The translations under genes were made by a program, and so were the position numbers. The notes under the pieces are model-generated. The model was not told where the DNA came from, did not search any database, and saw only the letters and a program-made list of their open reading frames with translations. A stretch of DNA of 64,000 nucleotides from a bacterium. Its GTDB lineage: Bacteria; UBA8248; JACPRG01; G963555815. The DNA lies in assembly GCA_963555815.3 (NCBI GenBank), contig CAUVWX020000001.1:96001-160000 (forward strand). The letters run 5' to 3'. Of the stretch, positions 31,668-42,392 are shown in pieces (within the stretch, counting starts at the first letter, position 1; each line of letters opens with the position of its first letter).

Positions 31668-32543
31668 ATGCAGCATGGTGTCCAGTTCATCCAAGCCAAC
31701 GAACGCAAAGCAGACTTCGACAACATCTACGACTGCGTAGATCCTCGGCCGTACTTCACAACGCTCCGACGGCTCGACTACCAAATCCCCCAGAACGCCA
31801 AGCCACAGTTTCAAGAGATCTTCGATGATTTTCGGCGCATCCGAGGGCGCGATGCCCTCCGCGTGCTCGACGTCGGATGCTCCTACGGCATCAACGCCGG
31901 CCTGTTGAAGTACGACCTGGAGCTGGCTGATCTCTATGGGCATTACTGCAGCCCTAGCGAAGCCGGCCTCACACCCAGCGAGCTGCGAAGGAACGACCGG
32001 CGGTTCTTCGCAGCCAATCACTCCCCCGACGACCTCGAGATCCTCGGGATCGATGCAGCAGCGAACGCCGTTGACTACGCGAAGGGCGTCGGCCTGCTCG
32101 ACGCCGGTGTGGTCTCCGATCTGGAGGAGTCGAGCCTCGACGATAGCGCCATCGCCGAGCTAGCCGGATTCAACATCATCATCTCCACCGGATGCGTGGG
32201 CTACGTGACGGAAGCGACCTTCGAGCGGTTGCTGGCGGTGTGCGACGCCTCGCAACCGCCATGGGTGGTCTCCTTCGTGCTACGGATGTTCCCGTACGGA
32301 GGCATCGCGCAGGTCCTCGCCCGCCACGGACTCGCTACCGTGAGGTATAAAGATCGAACCTTCATCCAACGCCGCTTCGCGGACCGCGCCGAGCAGTCGG
32401 AGGTCATTGCCCAGCTCGAGAGTCGTGGCATCGCGGCGGACGGACTTGAAGACGAAGGGTGGCTCCATGCCGAGCTCTTCGTATCGATGCCGGCGGAGGA
32501 GCTGCAGGTGGCCCGACCGGGATTCCCCGACCGCGCATTGTGA
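31668..32543 (+). CDS. class I SAM-dependent methyltransferase
   Basis: VLDVGCSYGIN, GIDAA and STGCVGYV motifs. Confidence 0.85.
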   Translation: MQHGVQFIQANERKADFDNIYDCVDPRPYFTTLRRLDYQIPQNAKPQFQEIFDDFRRIRGRDALRVLDVGCSYGINAGLLKYDLELADLYGHYCSPSEAGLTPSELRRNDRRFFAANHSPDDLEILGIDAAANAVDYAKGVGLLDAGVVSDLEESSLDDSAIAELAGFNIIISTGCVGYVTEATFERLLAVCDASQPPWVVSFVLRMFPYGGIAQVLARHGLATVRYKDRTFIQRRFADRAEQSEVIAQLESRGIAADGLEDEGWLHAELFVSMPAEELQVARPGFPDRAL

Positions 32544-32887
32544 GGGGTGCGGACACCATCGGTGCCCGCAGGCGTTGCCCTGCAGCCCGGCTCCGGCGAA
32601 CTGATCGTCACCAACGTGGGTCAAGCCGATCACCGTGATCTCAAAAACTCCCTAAGATCCGATCCCTTGACTACGATTTCATCCAGCGCGGCAACAACGG
32701 CGGAATGCCCGGGCCCAGCTCAGGACGAACAGGAGTTGAACCCCAACATTGCGCAGTAAACTTTCCAATCTCATTTCCCCTTTTTTCCCTTTGTCGAGTC
32801 ACTTCAGTTCTCATGTCGATCAAGAAGAATAGGGCGCAGACGTGGCGTTTCTGTGACGGGAACGGCACATCTGTGTGAAATCTACTG

Positions 32888-33030
32888 ATGAAGAACGTCA
32901 GAGACCCTTTGAAAGAAGAGCGTGTGAGGGCGGCACCCTTCATCCGCCCAGGGGACCTCTACGATGTCGAAGCCTATACGGAGCTTCTTGAGCGGGCGGT
33001 GGAGGAGTTCTGGGTAGCCTGGAGCAGGAG
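32888..33030 (+). pseudogene. C-terminal remnant resembling a family-B DNA polymerase
   Basis: ERVRAAPFIRPGDLYDVEAYTELLERAVEEFW resembles PolB C-termini; paralogous remnant at 41968-42068. Confidence 0.5.
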
Positions 33031-33066
33031 TGCATCACCATTCGTGGGAAAAGGAGGAGCTAGGCT

Positions 33067-33531
33067 ATGGAACTCTACTTGGCTCGGCACGGCGAACTCA
33101 AACCTGAAGAAGAGGATCCGGCCCGGCCCCTGAGTGATCGGGGACGACAAGAGGTGGAGAGCGCCGCAAGGGCAGTTGTCCAACTAAAACCTCCTCCCGC
33201 TGCCATCTGGCACTCCGGCAAGCTCCGGGCCAAGGAGACTGCGGAGATCTTCGCTGAGCACCTCAAACCTCCCCAGGGGGTCCAGCAAGTGGAGGGCCTG
33301 GCCCCAATGGACGATCCCCAGGTGGCCCAGCGGATGGTCGAGGAGAGGCGGGAACCCATCATGCTCGTGGGCCACCTTCCCCACCTGTCTCGTCTGGCCT
33401 CCCTGCTCCTTGTGGGGGATGCAGAAAGGGAGATTGTAGCCTTCCACACGGGAGGGCTGGTTTGCCTCTCGCATGAGGAGGGACACTGGTGGGTGCGGTG
33501 GCTGCGAACCCCGGAGCTCGCCGCAGAATAG
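33067..33531 (+). CDS. sixA: phosphohistidine phosphatase SixA
   Basis: RHG, RPLS, RAKETA and VGHLPH motifs. Confidence 0.92.
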   Translation: MELYLARHGELKPEEEDPARPLSDRGRQEVESAARAVVQLKPPPAAIWHSGKLRAKETAEIFAEHLKPPQGVQQVEGLAPMDDPQVAQRMVEERREPIMLVGHLPHLSRLASLLLVGDAEREIVAFHTGGLVCLSHEEGHWWVRWLRTPELAAE

Positions 33532-33629
33532 GCCCTTGTTTTATGAAGGTTCGTTGTGTGAGGCATGTCTAATATCTAAAAGAGATAGAGGAAAATTTAG
33601 CGACAAAATTGCCGAAAGGGGGATCAACC

Positions 33630-34151
33630 ATGCGAAAGGCCATGTTCATTGTTGTAGTTTTTCTCATCGCATTGCCTCTCGCCGGAGGAGTGACAGCCCA
33701 GCAAATGATGAGATCTGCGGACGCGCCCGTGGTGCCGCCGGTGGCAGGCTTCAGCGAAGAGGAGAAGATCCTGTTTCTGCACACGGAAACCTCGGATCCT
33801 GAGATAGCCAAGGTCCTAACCGACATGATGGGATCGCCCGTCTTCTTGGTGCCCTCGCTAGCCAAGGCACCAAAAGAGATGCTCGCGCAGGTGTACGTTT
33901 TTACGAACGGCGTCAAGGGAATGGGTCCATTAGGATTCCAGCCAGACGTTTTTGACAGCCCGCCCGGAGATCCAAGCTATACTCCACTCCGGGGGGTCGT
34001 TCTGGTCACCTGGAAGGATGAGTCTAGCGCACGCATTCTGAAATCCGCGGCCGAGGTACAAGGAGCCTTGAAAAACGGAGAGGCCACATTCGAGGAGCCC
34101 GGTGTGGTGGTGAACATGCCGATGATCACCTGGCCGGGAGGGAAACGTTAA
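33630..34151 (+). CDS. exported hypothetical protein
   Basis: signal peptide, RBS, 173 aa. Confidence 0.75.
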   Translation: MRKAMFIVVVFLIALPLAGGVTAQQMMRSADAPVVPPVAGFSEEEKILFLHTETSDPEIAKVLTDMMGSPVFLVPSLAKAPKEMLAQVYVFTNGVKGMGPLGFQPDVFDSPPGDPSYTPLRGVVLVTWKDESSARILKSAAEVQGALKNGEATFEEPGVVVNMPMITWPGGKR

Positions 34152-34179
34152 CACGAAGGTTCATGGAGGAAAGAACGAG

Positions 34180-34611
34180 ATGAGAATAGTGTGGGTCATC
34201 TTAGCAGCGGTGGGCTTGCTCGTGGGCGTCTTTCATAGTCCCGCCTTCAGCACCTTCCACCATGAGGAGAAGTTTCGCCAATTAGGGATCTTGGAGATGA
34301 TGAAGATGAGCGTGAGCGACCTCCAGGGGATCATTGCTGCCCTCCCCGTCTTCGACATGCAGGCCATCATTGAGCACAGCAATAACATCTCGAAGAGGAA
34401 TGCCGATCTGTCTAAAGAGGAACAGATACCACCCCCGATCCAGGAGCGTTTCGAAAAGCTCAGCGAGTCGGCCGCAAGCATCACTGAATCCGCCAGGGAA
34501 GGGGACTTGGACGGGATCTTAAATGGTCTAAATACGGTCCTGTCTAGTTGCAACGAGTGCCATATCAATGTCCGGGACCTGGGTGGCATGCATCGCCATC
34601 AAGCCCCATAG
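34180..34611 (+). CDS. cytochrome c'-like four-helix-bundle cytochrome
   Basis: signal peptide, helical body, C-terminal CNECH. Confidence 0.8.
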   Translation: MRIVWVILAAVGLLVGVFHSPAFSTFHHEEKFRQLGILEMMKMSVSDLQGIIAALPVFDMQAIIEHSNNISKRNADLSKEEQIPPPIQERFEKLSESAASITESAREGDLDGILNGLNTVLSSCNECHINVRDLGGMHRHQAP

Positions 34612-34840
34612 GTTGAAACGAGTTCCATCTAAATATCCTGGACCGAGAAGGACCTCACCATTCTATCTGTTGAGGAGGCTGATCTTCGCGCTGTGCTCGC
34701 GATTGAGCGGCGTGAGAGCGGTATTGATAGCTATTTCGAGTTCCTGAAGAGGTTTTTTAGCCGAGCTACAACGCACTAACCCACCGACCTCATCATCAAA
34801 CCACCCTAAGGTGCAAACTGAGTTCATTTTCCGCTTAGAA

Positions 34841-35062
34841 TGCTACAAAATGCTACAGACTTCAACAAAAATCCCCCTCCTCAGCCCAACTCAGGCCAAG
34901 AAGGGGGGTTGCTGCATCCCTTGATCAAGTGTCAAATACCTTGATTTTCAACCTCCTTCCGTTAAGCTAATTTAGGCTAGTCGGCGACTTAAGAATCCAC
35001 CGTGTGCCTGGAAGCCCTTTCCAGTAAAAGGTTGGCAGGGACGTGCTACGGGATTGCTACAG
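34841..35062 (+). repeat. element end, copy 1, with degenerate tRNA core (attP-like tandem junction)
   Basis: TGCTACAAAATGCTACAG...hairpin...GGCGACTTAAGAATCCACCGTGTG, then GCTACGGGATTGCTACAG; homologous to 42073-42270 and 58924-59128. Confidence 0.85.
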
Positions 35063-35075
35063 GAATTAACCCTCT

Positions 35076-35375
35076 TCAATAAGTTTTCCTTGTAAGCTCT
35101 CCCCGCCTGAGACCGGTATGGAGGGCCGTCATCAGAATGGGCCGCAAGACTTCATCCGCAGACGCTAGAAGCCCCTCGATATCCTCTTTGCTCAGATAAC
35201 GCAGCCGCTTGTTAGCGGGCGGAGATGCCTGGCGGGACTCGAGAGCGCCATCCCCCACTCTTCAGCCTTGGTGAACATGTGCCGAAGGACACCGAAATCC
35301 CTGTTCAAAGTGGCTGGCTTTACTGTGCTGGCCCGTCTTTCCAATAGTGAATCAATTACAGTATTATGTGTCGGG
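35076..35375 (-). pseudogene. tyrosine integrase fragment
   Basis: KPATLNRDFGVLRHMFTKAEEWG / RLRYLS...ALHTGLRRGEL; frameshifted and truncated. Confidence 0.85.
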
Positions 35376-35525
35376 ACGGCTTCGGTCGCCGAACTCGCAG
35401 ACTTGTGTCTGACTCGCTCGAGAGGGCCGCTTGAAGCCGGTCCACCTTGATCCTCGGGTGGGCGCGGAGAAATCGATAAGAACGGACGGGGCCTCGCCCA
35501 GCGCCTGCGCACAGGAGGTCAAAAC

Positions 35526-36992
35526 ATGAATAGACTTACGCTCAGAGCCTTGCGCCGAGAGGAAACCTTCTGTCTCGATTCATCACGCGTGATCACGAGA
35601 CCCTTCTTCCCGGGCGGCGAGCACCGGAGCCGCAACATCATAAACCGCGTACTCAGGCTGTCGGACATCGAGGTCGAGCAGATTCTGGAGGGGCTCAGGC
35701 TGAATTTCGAGCACAGGCACAAGCATATTTGGGAAGAATTCGAAGAGACTTTCCAAGAGTTGCGTCATTTCGTGCCCGAAGGGCAAACACTCAGTGACAA
35801 TCGACGTCTGCTCATCGGCGCCTATTTCACCCGTGAATATTCTATTCAGTCCGCTGCTTTTTTTAACCCTTCCATTGTTCCACACCCGAACCAGACGGGA
35901 CTCAATCCGGGAGATTTACGGTTCGTGCTGAGTTTTCGTTCCACGGGCGAAGGGCATATATCATCGATCGAGTTTCGAAGCGGTGTTCTCAAGAAAGACA
36001 ACTCCATCGTGCTCGATCCAGTGAGCCGTTACGTGGAGCGAGCCCAGATCGTCAAGAACCCGAAATATTACGCGGCGAACTTCATGCGAAAACTCATGGA
36101 GATGGGCTGGAAGAATGAAGTCTCAGAAACGATTCTTTCACGGGTCAAAGAGGAATTCTCGTTTACAGAACTGGAGAAAGCAATCGCCTGGCACCGAACA
36201 ACTTTGATGGCCGCCCTGGTGCCGGCCGAAGAGACCATTGATAACATGCGATGGCTTGCCCGCTCCAACTACGAAATCACGTTTCATCGTAAGGACAGTC
36301 TTTCCGAACGCGTGATATTTCCGGTCTCGGAAAATGAAAGCGGAGGCATCGAGGACGCCCGCTTCGTTCGTTTCATTGATGACGACGGGGAGGTCACCTA
36401 TTATGCGACCTGCACCGCTTATAATGGCTTGACCATACTGCCGCAGCTCATCGCCACCAGAGATTTTATGCAATTCCGAATGATTACGCTCAACGGCGAG
36501 TACGCCAAAGACAAAGGCATGGCCCTCTTTCCGCGAAGAATCGAAGGGCGCTACGTCATGATCTCGCGGGTAGACGGCGAAAATATGTACATCATGACTT
36601 CCGATAATGTCCAATTTTGGCATGAGGCGGAGCGCTTACAGGAGCCCACCGCTCCCTGGGAGTTTATTCAGGTCGGAAATTGCGGTTCCCCCATCGAAAC
36701 CCCTGAAGGATGGGTTCTCCTCACACACGGCGTGGGTCCGATGCGGCAGTACTGTATCGGGGCCATCCTGCTGGATCTGGACCGGCCGAACCGGGTGATT
36801 GGAAGGCTGCGAGATCCGTTACTGGTGCCGAATCGAGAAGAACGGGAAGGCTATGTCCCGAATGTGGTCTATAGCTGCGGCTCGCTCATTCATAATGAAG
36901 AACTTGTCATGCCGTATGCGATGTCGGACCAGGGATCGGCCATCGCGATGGTCGGGGTCGCCAACCTGCTCTCCGCGCTAAAGTCCTCTTGA
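35526..36992 (+). CDS. GH130-family glycosidase/phosphorylase (PH1107-like)
   Basis: FNPSIV, GIEDARFV, KDKGMALFP and GYVPNVVYSCG motifs. Confidence 0.9.
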   Translation: MNRLTLRALRREETFCLDSSRVITRPFFPGGEHRSRNIINRVLRLSDIEVEQILEGLRLNFEHRHKHIWEEFEETFQELRHFVPEGQTLSDNRRLLIGAYFTREYSIQSAAFFNPSIVPHPNQTGLNPGDLRFVLSFRSTGEGHISSIEFRSGVLKKDNSIVLDPVSRYVERAQIVKNPKYYAANFMRKLMEMGWKNEVSETILSRVKEEFSFTELEKAIAWHRTTLMAALVPAEETIDNMRWLARSNYEITFHRKDSLSERVIFPVSENESGGIEDARFVRFIDDDGEVTYYATCTAYNGLTILPQLIATRDFMQFRMITLNGEYAKDKGMALFPRRIEGRYVMISRVDGENMYIMTSDNVQFWHEAERLQEPTAPWEFIQVGNCGSPIETPEGWVLLTHGVGPMRQYCIGAILLDLDRPNRVIGRLRDPLLVPNREEREGYVPNVVYSCGSLIHNEELVMPYAMSDQGSAIAMVGVANLLSALKSS

Positions 36993-37261
36993 GTCCCCTA
37001 CGCTTTGCGCTTCTCTGGGAGACCTGCGTGTAATGGAAAGATGGTGACGCACGAAGGGGCCGCTCCGGCCATTCCATGTCGGGGCGCTGGTTTGTCCGCT
37101 TGCCTGTTTTGAGCGACAGAAGTGTTTCGCCTTCAGTGGACCGCATGCGGCAGTGCAACGGCCGTGCACTCGAAGACTATCCCGAAACGAAGAACCATAG
37201 TTCGTCTTCTTTTTGAGAACGAACGTAATTCGGCTCCCTGGCTGGCGGGGGAATCCACAAA

Positions 37262-39553
37262 ATGACCGAATCCCATTCTCCTTACGCACTGGCGCTGATC
37301 GGCAGCTACCTACCACGGCGCTGCGGCATTGCCACCTTCACGACGGATTTGGCTGAGGCGCTTGCCCGGGAGACTCAAGCGCAAGAGAACGAAGTCATTG
37401 CCGTGGCGATGACGGACATTCAGGAGGGATACGCGTATCCGAATCGCGTGAAATTCTCGGTTTCCACAAATATTCAGGTTGACTATTTGCGAGCGGCGGA
37501 ATTCCTCAACACAACGCACCACGATGCCGTTATTCTTCAGCACGAATATGGGATCTTCGGCGGCGAGGCCGGCGCCCACATTTTACACCTCATCAAGAAC
37601 CTCAGGTCCCCCCTGATTACCACCACTCATTCGGTTTTGCTCAGGCCCAGTGACAGCCAGAAGCGAGTCCTGGTGGAACTGGCCGCCTGTTCACAGTACG
37701 TCACCGTCATGAGCCACAGGGCTGAGCTCATCTTGCGGGACGTGTATAGAGTGCCCCCCGAAAAGGTAAAGTTTATTCCCCACGGAATTCCCGACCTGCC
37801 GTTGCAACCCCCCGACATAATGAAGGTGAAGCTTGGATTCGAAGGCCACAAGGTGCTGCTGACCTTTGGGCTTCTGAGCCAGAACAAGGGCGTGGAGCAG
37901 GTGATCCGGGCAATGCCGGAAATCGTCTCAAATCATCCCAATGTAATCTACGTGGTCCTCGGTGAAACCCACCCTCATGTCAGGCGGGAACATGGCGAAG
38001 ACTATCGGCTCAAGCTCCAGTTCGCGGCCAAAGAGCTGGGTATGGAGAATTATGTCTGGTTTTACAACCAATTTGTTGATCTGCGAGAATTGATGGATTA
38101 CCTGCTGGCGGCAGACATTTACGTGACCCCTTACACCCAGCAGGAACAGATAACCTCCGGAACGCTTGCCTATTCCATCGGCGCTGGAAACGTGGTGGTT
38201 TCCACTCCCTACTGGTACGCCGAGGAGTTGCTCGGCGACGGACGCGGTTGCCTCGTCCCGTTCGAGAGATCAGATGACATGAGCAAGGCGATTCACCGGT
38301 TCCTCTCCAACGAGGCGGAGGCGGAGGTTATGCGCACCTTGGCCTACCAGTTCAGCCGCCGCATGATTTGGAAGGAAGTCGCCCGCGGCTACCTGGAGCT
38401 TGTGGACGAGATCGCTGTAGCCCGAAGCGGCCGGAAGAAGGGAATCGTCGAAGTCATTCAAAAGAGGGCCCCCGCGCAGAGGCTGCTCGACAAAATCCCG
38501 GAAATCCGCTTGGCGCATCTGCAGGTGCTTACGGACGATACGGGCATATTTCAGCACGCCACCTACGACATTCCGAACAGGAGTGAAGGGTACTGCACCG
38601 ATGACAACGCCCGGGCGCTGATTGTGACCTGTGATTACTATCGGCTGAGAAGGGACGAATCCATCATTCCACTGGTCAAGAGATATTTGGCGTTTGTTCT
38701 GGATGCGTTTGATGCGTCAACGGGATTTTTCCGAAATTTTATGTCATACGACCGCAGGTGGCTGGAACAGGAAGGGGGTGATGACTGCCACGGCCGCGCT
38801 CTGTGGAGCCTCGGCCTCACGGTACGTTACGCCCCAAATGAACTGGTTCGGTCGATGTCCCTTGAGCTTCTGGAACGGGGGCTCCTGGTCACCGAGGAAA
38901 TGAAGTCCCCCCGTGCTTGGGCATTCAGCATCATCGGCGCCTATCACTGCCTCCAACACAATCCGGATCATGCGTCTGCCCGCCGTGTGCTGGAGGCACT
39001 GTCGGATGAATTGCTGCGCCGATTCGAGGCGAACACTTCAGACGACTGGCTCTGGCTGGAGGACACCATTACCTATTCCAACGCAACGTTTGTCCACGCG
39101 CTGATGCTTGCAGGTGCGCTGCGGGGCAATCAGTCGATGTGCGAAAAGGGGGTCGCCGTGCTCAGCTGGCTGTTGCACCTTCAGACAGCTTCTGACGGGC
39201 ACCTCTCACTCATTGGCAACAACGGATGGCTGGAGCGGGGCGGAAAGAAAGCCCAATTCGACCAACAGCCGGTGGATGTCATGGGTTTAGTCTGGGCGTG
39301 CACTCTGGCATACTGGCTGAGCAACAAGGAAGAATGGCGGCGTGAAGCGGAGCGCTGTTTTGAGTGGTTCCTGGGCGTGAATGATATTGGGAAAATGGTT
39401 TGCGACCTGAAAACGGGCGGATGCTTCGACGGCCTTAGCGCTCATGGTGTCAATCGCAACCAGGGAGCGGAATCCACCCTTTCTTACTTGTTGTCCGCCC
39501 AAGCCATGTACGAAATCGCGAGAAAGGGAGTGCCGCTGCTCGGCCTGCCCTGA
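37262..39553 (+). CDS. GT4 glycosyltransferase fused to a six-hairpin-like domain
   Basis: PRRCGIATFT, QHEYGIFGG, TSGTLAY, GYCTDDNARAL and NQGAESTL motifs. Confidence 0.92.
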   Translation: MTESHSPYALALIGSYLPRRCGIATFTTDLAEALARETQAQENEVIAVAMTDIQEGYAYPNRVKFSVSTNIQVDYLRAAEFLNTTHHDAVILQHEYGIFGGEAGAHILHLIKNLRSPLITTTHSVLLRPSDSQKRVLVELAACSQYVTVMSHRAELILRDVYRVPPEKVKFIPHGIPDLPLQPPDIMKVKLGFEGHKVLLTFGLLSQNKGVEQVIRAMPEIVSNHPNVIYVVLGETHPHVRREHGEDYRLKLQFAAKELGMENYVWFYNQFVDLRELMDYLLAADIYVTPYTQQEQITSGTLAYSIGAGNVVVSTPYWYAEELLGDGRGCLVPFERSDDMSKAIHRFLSNEAEAEVMRTLAYQFSRRMIWKEVARGYLELVDEIAVARSGRKKGIVEVIQKRAPAQRLLDKIPEIRLAHLQVLTDDTGIFQHATYDIPNRSEGYCTDDNARALIVTCDYYRLRRDESIIPLVKRYLAFVLDAFDASTGFFRNFMSYDRRWLEQEGGDDCHGRALWSLGLTVRYAPNELVRSMSLELLERGLLVTEEMKSPRAWAFSIIGAYHCLQHNPDHASARRVLEALSDELLRRFEANTSDDWLWLEDTITYSNATFVHALMLAGALRGNQSMCEKGVAVLSWLLHLQTASDGHLSLIGNNGWLERGGKKAQFDQQPVDVMGLVWACTLAYWLSNKEEWRREAERCFEWFLGVNDIGKMVCDLKTGGCFDGLSAHGVNRNQGAESTLSYLLSAQAMYEIARKGVPLLGLP

Positions 39554-40012
39554 CCGTTGTGATTTCGGGCCATTTCAGGGATCTCCAGGCCCGTTTGGCA
39601 AATCCCGAACTCCTCCTGAACGGCCTGTCGATTCCTTTTTCATCCAACTTTTCGGGGGTCGAATAGGGGGTAAGTCTATTCTCCGCCTCCATGCTTGACT
39701 TCGTTTCATGGCATGCTCGTCATGCCGCTCTATCGCTCCCATTCGCACCCAGCTATACCCCCTTCCTCTTCATCATGGCTATAATCCCAAGGAGATAAAG
39801 GCCCCGGGGGGGGACCTTGAAGGTGAACCCGGCCACCCAATGGCACCTATCGCCCATTTGACCCCAGGGCAGGCCCTCCCTTTTTGCATCCCCTGCTCCC
39901 TGGGATATGGTGTTCGGAAACCAACAGCCAAAGGAGTAGGGTGGGAACAAATTTGTGGTATTGCACCAGCGCCTGATGGGGTTACTTGGGAAACGGGGCT
40001 TAGGAGGGAGCA

Positions 40013-40531
40013 ATGACCAGTTTTAAGGACCGTATTATCCGCGCTGCCAAGCTAGATGTTCATTTGTATGAAGAGGTTGAGGCTGACAAGGGCGCACTGC
40101 GTCAGGCCATGGGGGTTGTCATTCTCTCCAGTATAGCAGCCGGAGTAGGAACTGTCGGAACAAGAGGGCTTGGCGGGCTTTTGTTTGGGACGATCTCAGC
40201 CCTCATCCTGTGGTATCTCTGGGCCTATATCATTTACATTATTGGCACGAAACTTCTTCCAGAACCGCGGACAAAAACAGACTACGGAGAGTTGTTGCGT
40301 ACTATCGGCTTTTCCAGCTCCCCGGGGTTGATTCGGGTATTAGGTATCGTCCCAGGACTGGCAAATGTCGTTTTTCTAGTCGCCTCAATTTGGATGCTTG
40401 TAGCAACGGTGATCGCCGTCAGACAAGCCCTGGATTATACGAGCACATTACGCGCTGTAGGGGTTTGCGTGATCGGCTGGATCGTTCAAACGTTAATCTT
40501 CCTATTATTGTTTTCTATTTCGGTTGGTTAG
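40013..40531 (+). CDS. Yip1-like membrane protein
   Basis: YEEVEAD, five TM segments, AVRQALDY. Confidence 0.85.
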   Translation: MTSFKDRIIRAAKLDVHLYEEVEADKGALRQAMGVVILSSIAAGVGTVGTRGLGGLLFGTISALILWYLWAYIIYIIGTKLLPEPRTKTDYGELLRTIGFSSSPGLIRVLGIVPGLANVVFLVASIWMLVATVIAVRQALDYTSTLRAVGVCVIGWIVQTLIFLLLFSISVG

Positions 40532-40584
40532 GTAAGACCAGTCTAATGCTTTTTCGCATAGTCATCAAAACAGCAGATAACGGT

Positions 40585-40941
40585 GAGGGAGGAGCTTCTA
40601 AGCATCCTGCGAGATCACGGGGTGGCCTTCACGCTCATAGATCACCCCTGGATGCATCGGATTGATGAGCTGGTGGAGAAAGTGGACCCTGTGACGGCAG
40701 ATTTCGTCTTCGTCCGTTGGCTGGGGGACGGCAGAAGATTAAGGGGATGACAGACACATGGGACAGGGTGGTGATTGACCGAACGGAGGATTTACTCCGG
40801 TGGATCCCTGTTTTTCAGAATCTCATTGAGCGCAAGCTCGATATCCTGGCCTACTTCAACAACCACCATGCAGGCCACGCCCCGGCCTCAGTCCGCATGT
40901 CCCAGGGGATGCTTGTCAAGACCCAGGAACCCAATGGGTGA
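40585..40941 (+). pseudogene. DUF72-family 3' fragment, frameshifted
   Basis: ELLSILRDHGVAFTLIDHPWM...VTADFVFVRWLG / WDRVVIDR...AYFNNHHAGHAP. Confidence 0.75.
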
Positions 40942-41056
40942 CAGACACAATGTGTGGCTAAAATCACCTTCTACCGGAATTTCCCATTTCAAATCCCGAA
41001 AGACCTGTACCGACCACTCGTTGCTGCTTAGCCCTATTAGTCCGAAAGCGCGCGGG

Positions 41057-41221
41057 TCAGCTTTTCTTTGAGATCTGAATTCCGAAGGGGCTGACGAGGC
41101 GTTCTAGCTGCTTACTGCCGCACTTGGAGCACTTGAATTTTTTCGCCTCATAATCGCGAAAACTCATCTTGAGGGTTAGCTTCTTCCTGCACTTTTTGCA
41201 CCGGAAATCGTAAACTGGCAT
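41057..41221 (-). CDS. FmdB-family zinc-ribbon protein
   Basis: MPVYDFRCKKC...CSKCGS. Confidence 0.85.
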   Translation of the reverse strand: MPVYDFRCKKCRKKLTLKMSFRDYEAKKFKCSKCGSKQLERLVSPFGIQISKKS

Positions 41222-41485
41222 GGTACGCCTTCCGTCATTGATGTCCCCGTGGACAGGATCCAGATTTCCCATTCATTCTCCTGGAATTGCCTTTTATCTT
41301 AAGCTACATATCCTTTTAGTAAATGGAAGAACGTGGTGTACTTACCGATGAGAATCCCCAATACGCTCGAAAGAACGGCAATGATTTGAAGAGGAACCCT
41401 TGTCCGACCTTCTATTATAAGAGCAGCGGAATAGAGCACGATGCAAGTTCTGGCCCGCCGATGCGGTAAAGGGAGGAGCTAGGCT

Positions 41486-41950
41486 ATGGAACTCTACTTG
41501 GCTCGGCACGGCGAACTCAAACCTGAAGAAGAGGATCCGGCCCGGCCCCTGAGTGATCGGGGACGACAAGAGGTGGAGAGCGCCGCAAGGGCAGTTGTCC
41601 AACTAAAACCTCCTCCCGCTGCCATCTGGCACTCCGGCAAGCTCCGGGCCAAGGAGACTGCGGAGATCTTCGCTGAGCACCTCAAACCTCCCCAGGGGGT
41701 CCAGCAAGTGGAGGGCCTGGCCCCAATGGACGATCCCCAGGTGGCCCAGCGGATGGTCGAGGAGAGGCGGGAACCCATCATGCTCGTGGGCCACCTTCCC
41801 CACCTGTCTCGTCTGGCCTCCCTGCTCCTTGTGGGGGATGCAGAAAGGGAGATTGTAGCCTTCCACACGGGAGGGCTGGTTTGCCTCTCGCATGAGGAGG
41901 GACACTGGTGGGTGCGGTGGCTGCGAACCCCGGAGCTCGCCGCAGAATAG
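41486..41950 (+). CDS. sixA: phosphohistidine phosphatase SixA (identical second copy)
   Basis: same protein as 33067-33531; the shared DNA extends over the RBS and ~18 nt past the stop. Confidence 0.92.
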   Translation: MELYLARHGELKPEEEDPARPLSDRGRQEVESAARAVVQLKPPPAAIWHSGKLRAKETAEIFAEHLKPPQGVQQVEGLAPMDDPQVAQRMVEERREPIMLVGHLPHLSRLASLLLVGDAEREIVAFHTGGLVCLSHEEGHWWVRWLRTPELAAE

Positions 41951-41967
41951 GCCCTTGTTTTATGAAG

Positions 41968-42068
41968 GAGGAGCGCGTCCGAGCGGCCCCCTTCATCCGC
42001 CCAGAGGACTTCTGCGATATGGAGGCTTATGAGGGACTACTTGAGCGGACAATGGACGAACTTTGGTG
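41968..42068 (+). pseudogene. second PolB-like C-terminal remnant
   Basis: EERVRAAPFIRPEDFCDMEAYEGLLERTMDELW. Confidence 0.5.
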
Positions 42069-42072
42069 CAAT

Positions 42073-42270
42073 ACTCTTAAATGATTGTAGCTTTTTTGTC
42101 TAACCCTAGTGCTACAAAAATGCTACAGATTCCACCAAAAACCCCCCCCCTCAGCCCAACTCAGGCCAAGAAGGGGGGATGCCATATCTCTTTAATTATC
42201 TGCCAAATAGCTTGATTTTCAACCTCTATCCGCTAACCTAATTTAGACTGGTCAGCGACTCAAAATCCCC
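42073..42270 (+). repeat. element end, copy 2 (GCTAC arm repeats, hairpin, IHF-like site)
   Basis: highly similar to 58924-59122 and 34841-34998. Confidence 0.9.
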
Positions 42271-42315
42271 TGGGGGGTAACTCCCGTGCGGGTTCGACTC
42301 CCGCCCCCGGCACCA
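42257..42315 (+). repeat. 3' half of tRNA-Leu (att remnant)
   Basis: GACTCAAAATCCCCT...GGCACCA; one mismatch to the resident tRNA. Confidence 0.93.
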
Positions 42316-42392
42316 CATTTTAAACGGGTTCCGGGGACTGGACCTTGTGGACAATTTCTTCTGCAGAATCCTTCGCGATTAGAGAGGAGAAC

